Positions 26,229 to 28,352 of a DNA stretch of 28,352 nucleotides are shown here, piece after piece. Location: IMG/VR virus record IMGVR_UViG_3300048852_000130, positions 1-28,352 of that record; one strand, 5' to 3'. Both the position numbers and the translations under genes were made by a program. The DNA comes from a virus. Lineage: Duplodnaviria > Caudoviricetes. Under the pieces are notes generated by a model. It was given only the letters and a program-made list of their open reading frames with translations. It was not told the origin of the DNA and did no database searches. The stretch's first letter is position 1. Every line of letters begins with the position of its first letter.

Positions 26229-27044
26229 ATGTCCAGTACCAGTGTTCAGCCCGTGGCGCCCGCCGCGGGATATATCGGTGGAAAGCGCAACCTTGCCTCC
26301 CGGCTCGTGCGGATCATCGACGCGGTGGAGTGCGATCTCTACGCCGAGCCGTTCGTCGGCATGGGCGGGATCTTCCTGCGCCGCCGGCGGCGCCCGCGCG
26401 CCGAGGTGATCAACGATATCTCCGGCGACGTCTCCACCTTCTTCCGCGTGCTCCAGGAGCATTATCCGTATCTGCTCGACATGCTGCGCTTTCGCGTGGC
26501 GAGCCGGGCCGAGTTCGATCGGCTGAAGGCGCTGCCGCCCGAGCGCCTCACCGATCTGCAGCGTGCAGCGCGCTTCATCTACGTCCAGCGCCTGGCGTTC
26601 GGCGGGAAGGTGACCGACCGCAGCTTTGGTGTCGACACGAGCCAGGGTGCACGGTTCAACATCGTCAAGCTCGAGCCGGTGCTCGCCGAGATCCACGAGC
26701 GCCTTTCGGGCGTGGTGATTGAGCAGCTCGCGTTCGGCGAGTTCATCCGGCGCTACGATCGGCCCGGGACGCTGTTCTATCTCGACCCGCCTTATTGGGG
26801 GTGCGAGTCCGACTATGGGCAGGACGTCTTTGCCCGGAGCGATTTCGAGCGGCTTGCCGAGCAGCTCCGCGGGATCCGCGGACGCTTCCTGCTGTCGATC
26901 AACGACACACTTGGCGTGCGGGAGGTCTTCTCAGGATTTCGCCTTCAGGAGTTTGAGACCACATACACGCTCACCAAGGGACCTGCTACGCAGGCGGCCG
27001 AGCTGCTGATCGCGAACTTTGACGCTGCTACTTCCAAGGGATAG
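26229..27044 (+). CDS. D12-class N6-adenine DNA methyltransferase (orphan, Dam-like)
   Basis: YIGGKR, EPFVGMGG (motif I), EVIND, FYLDPPY (motif IV), LLSIND, ELLI.N. Confidence 0.9.
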   Translation: MSSTSVQPVAPAAGYIGGKRNLASRLVRIIDAVECDLYAEPFVGMGGIFLRRRRRPRAEVINDISGDVSTFFRVLQEHYPYLLDMLRFRVASRAEFDRLKALPPERLTDLQRAARFIYVQRLAFGGKVTDRSFGVDTSQGARFNIVKLEPVLAEIHERLSGVVIEQLAFGEFIRRYDRPGTLFYLDPPYWGCESDYGQDVFARSDFERLAEQLRGIRGRFLLSINDTLGVREVFSGFRLQEFETTYTLTKGPATQAAELLIANFDAATSKG

Positions 27045-27107
27045 GCGTCGGCTACGATAGCTTCGATGCGCCCGTCATCGGAAACGGTGATTGGCGCATC
27101 GGAGACA

Positions 27108-27410
27108 TCAGCCTCGCAGCCCGCGCACCAGGCGTGTCCATTGCTCCTCTGTATTGGGAAAGCGGTTCGGGGCAGTTGGCTGTTGCGCAGATGGACGGAG
27201 CCGCACCGGAGCGGGACACCTTCGACAGTTGAGGCAGTAGAGGTGCTCGCGCAGGCGGCTCACGCTGGTCGACCAGCCATGGCATAAGTACCAACGCTCC
27301 ATCCGGCGAGCGTCCACCACGGCGGTGTGGCCGCATGCACACTGCACGCCTAGGTTCCAGTCTCGCCTCGTGACATCGCCAAGCGTCTCAATCTTGACGT
27401 TCGCGCCCAC
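27108..27410 (-). CDS. Small Zn-finger-like hypothetical protein
   Basis: CACGH ... CLNC cysteine pairs; starts 3 nt after the HIRAN gene stop. Confidence 0.6.
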   Translation of the reverse strand: MGANVKIETLGDVTRRDWNLGVQCACGHTAVVDARRMERWYLCHGWSTSVSRLREHLYCLNCRRCPAPVRLRPSAQQPTAPNRFPNTEEQWTRLVRGLRG

Positions 27411-27413
27411 GCA

Positions 27414-27851
27414 TCAAGCGCCCCAGTCCGGCGCCGGCGGATCCGGATAGAAATCCTCTTCATTTGCCGATCGATCCGACGGCTGTTCGACCGCCAAAGC
27501 AGGAAGTGTAGGTTCTTCCCCGCCGAAACGAGCGCGGATTACCGCCACCTTGCTCTGCAGGTCTTGAAAAATCGCCGCGACGGGCTCGCCGCTCGCGATC
27601 TTGCCGCCAATCCATCCGCACCGCTCAGCTGTCAGGTAACCCAGCTGCACGCCCCGCTCGCTAAACACCGCGACCGCACGGGGGTCGACGGGGTTCTTCG
27701 GTTCGGGCACCAGGCGCACGAGATCACCAGGCTTGCAAAGCCGCGCTTCGAATAGCCGATTGCTCTTGGTTTCGTCGGTGTTTGGGAACTCGAGGCCGAC
27801 GACGGCAAGGCTCAGCTCAATCCCGCCAGTTTTGCATGATGGTTGGAACAT
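27414..27851 (-). CDS. HIRAN-domain protein
   Basis: LAVVG..PGD.V.LVPEP.NP.DPRAVAVFS.RG.QLGYL, the HIRAN signature. Start position uncertain. Confidence 0.82.
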   Translation of the reverse strand: MFQPSCKTGGIELSLAVVGLEFPNTDETKSNRLFEARLCKPGDLVRLVPEPKNPVDPRAVAVFSERGVQLGYLTAERCGWIGGKIASGEPVAAIFQDLQSKVAVIRARFGGEEPTLPALAVEQPSDRSANEEDFYPDPPAPDWGA

Positions 27852-27860
27852 AGTGCGAAC
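27846..27860. promoter_or_regulatory. Alphaproteobacterial LexA (SOS) box
   Basis: GAAC-ATAGTGC-GAAC = GAAC-N7-GAAC direct repeat, overlapping the HIRAN start. Confidence 0.72.
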
Positions 27861-27906
27861 ATTAGTAGGTGAACGTCGTTCGATTCGACAAGCACCAATG
27901 TGATCA

Positions 27907-28155
27907 ATGGCACCTGAATATCGCTCCAGCGCTCAAATCCGCGCCTCACTCGTCGCACTTATGCGCGAGCACCAGTGCAGCCGCGCAACGGCATCGCGTG
28001 TGATCGGGCGCGACCCATCCTACCTGCAACGCTTCATCGCCAGAGGCATACCTCAGCAGCTGCGGAGCGAGGACGCGCGAAAGCTTGCACGCTTCTTCGG
28101 GGTGCACGAGCGCGAAATGGGCGTGCTGCCGAACAGGGAAAGCGCAGAGCTATGA
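27907..28155 (+). CDS. Small HTH DNA-binding protein (Cro/CI-like N-terminal domain only)
   Basis: ASRVIGRDPSYLQRFI.RG.PQQL...DARKLA.FFGV. Confidence 0.65.
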   Translation: MAPEYRSSAQIRASLVALMREHQCSRATASRVIGRDPSYLQRFIARGIPQQLRSEDARKLARFFGVHEREMGVLPNRESAEL

Positions 28156-28352
28156 CTGCAAAGCGCTGCCGAATCTGCACCACCAATGACCGGCACGCGC
28201 TGATTGAGGAACTCGCAGCCGATCTATGGGAGACGCAGCGGCATGGTACGCTCGATGACTGGCCCTGGTCGCAAGCGAGCCCCTACTGGCAGGCGATCTT
28301 TCGAGGCTTCGCCGAAACTGCAATCGATCTCCTCGAGGGTCACCGACACTGA
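28152..28352 (+). CDS. Hypothetical protein (66 aa, CxxC)
   Basis: ATGA overlap with the HTH gene; MTAKRCRICTTND..W..ASPYWQ..FR. Confidence 0.55.
   Translation: MTAKRCRICTTNDRHALIEELAADLWETQRHGTLDDWPWSQASPYWQAIFRGFAETAIDLLEGHRH

Noticed and set aside
27108-27410. Zn-finger ORF as the missing Ogr or a Com regulator
   Set aside because: Cysteine spacing and length do not match the Ogr (CP.CG..A..R..C.N..CG..F) or Com patterns.
26074-28352. P2 cos site beyond the portal gene
   Set aside because: No match to the P2 cohesive end GGCGAGGCGGGGAAAGCAC found by eye; it may be diverged or outside the window.

Overview
GC-rich alphaproteobacterial (Sphingomonadales-like) DNA holding the near-complete late region of a P2-like (Peduoviridae-type) prophage. 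Portal Q and terminase P are on +. On - lie O-N-M-L-X, a holin/SAR-lysozyme/spanin cassette, R-S, then a rearranged tail block J-I-H-G / V-W-FI-FII-E/E'-T-U-D. The left edge carries hicAB, an IS5 (IS427-group) element with a passenger gene, and the end of an IS481. The right edge carries a D12-class adenine methylase and a HIRAN/Zn-finger unit behind an alphaproteobacterial LexA box. The best candidate for an undescribed system is a lower-GC two-gene moron between S and J: a ParB/DUF262 (DGQHR-like) protein translationally coupled to a HEPN RNase-like protein, probably anti-phage. Other oddities are a WYL-like insertion in gpS, a duplicated gpM N-terminus, read-through of terminase P into portal Q, and three copies of a CTTGTAGA-N7-TCTACAAG late-promoter palindrome. 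All calls come from motif recognition by eye; no searches were run.
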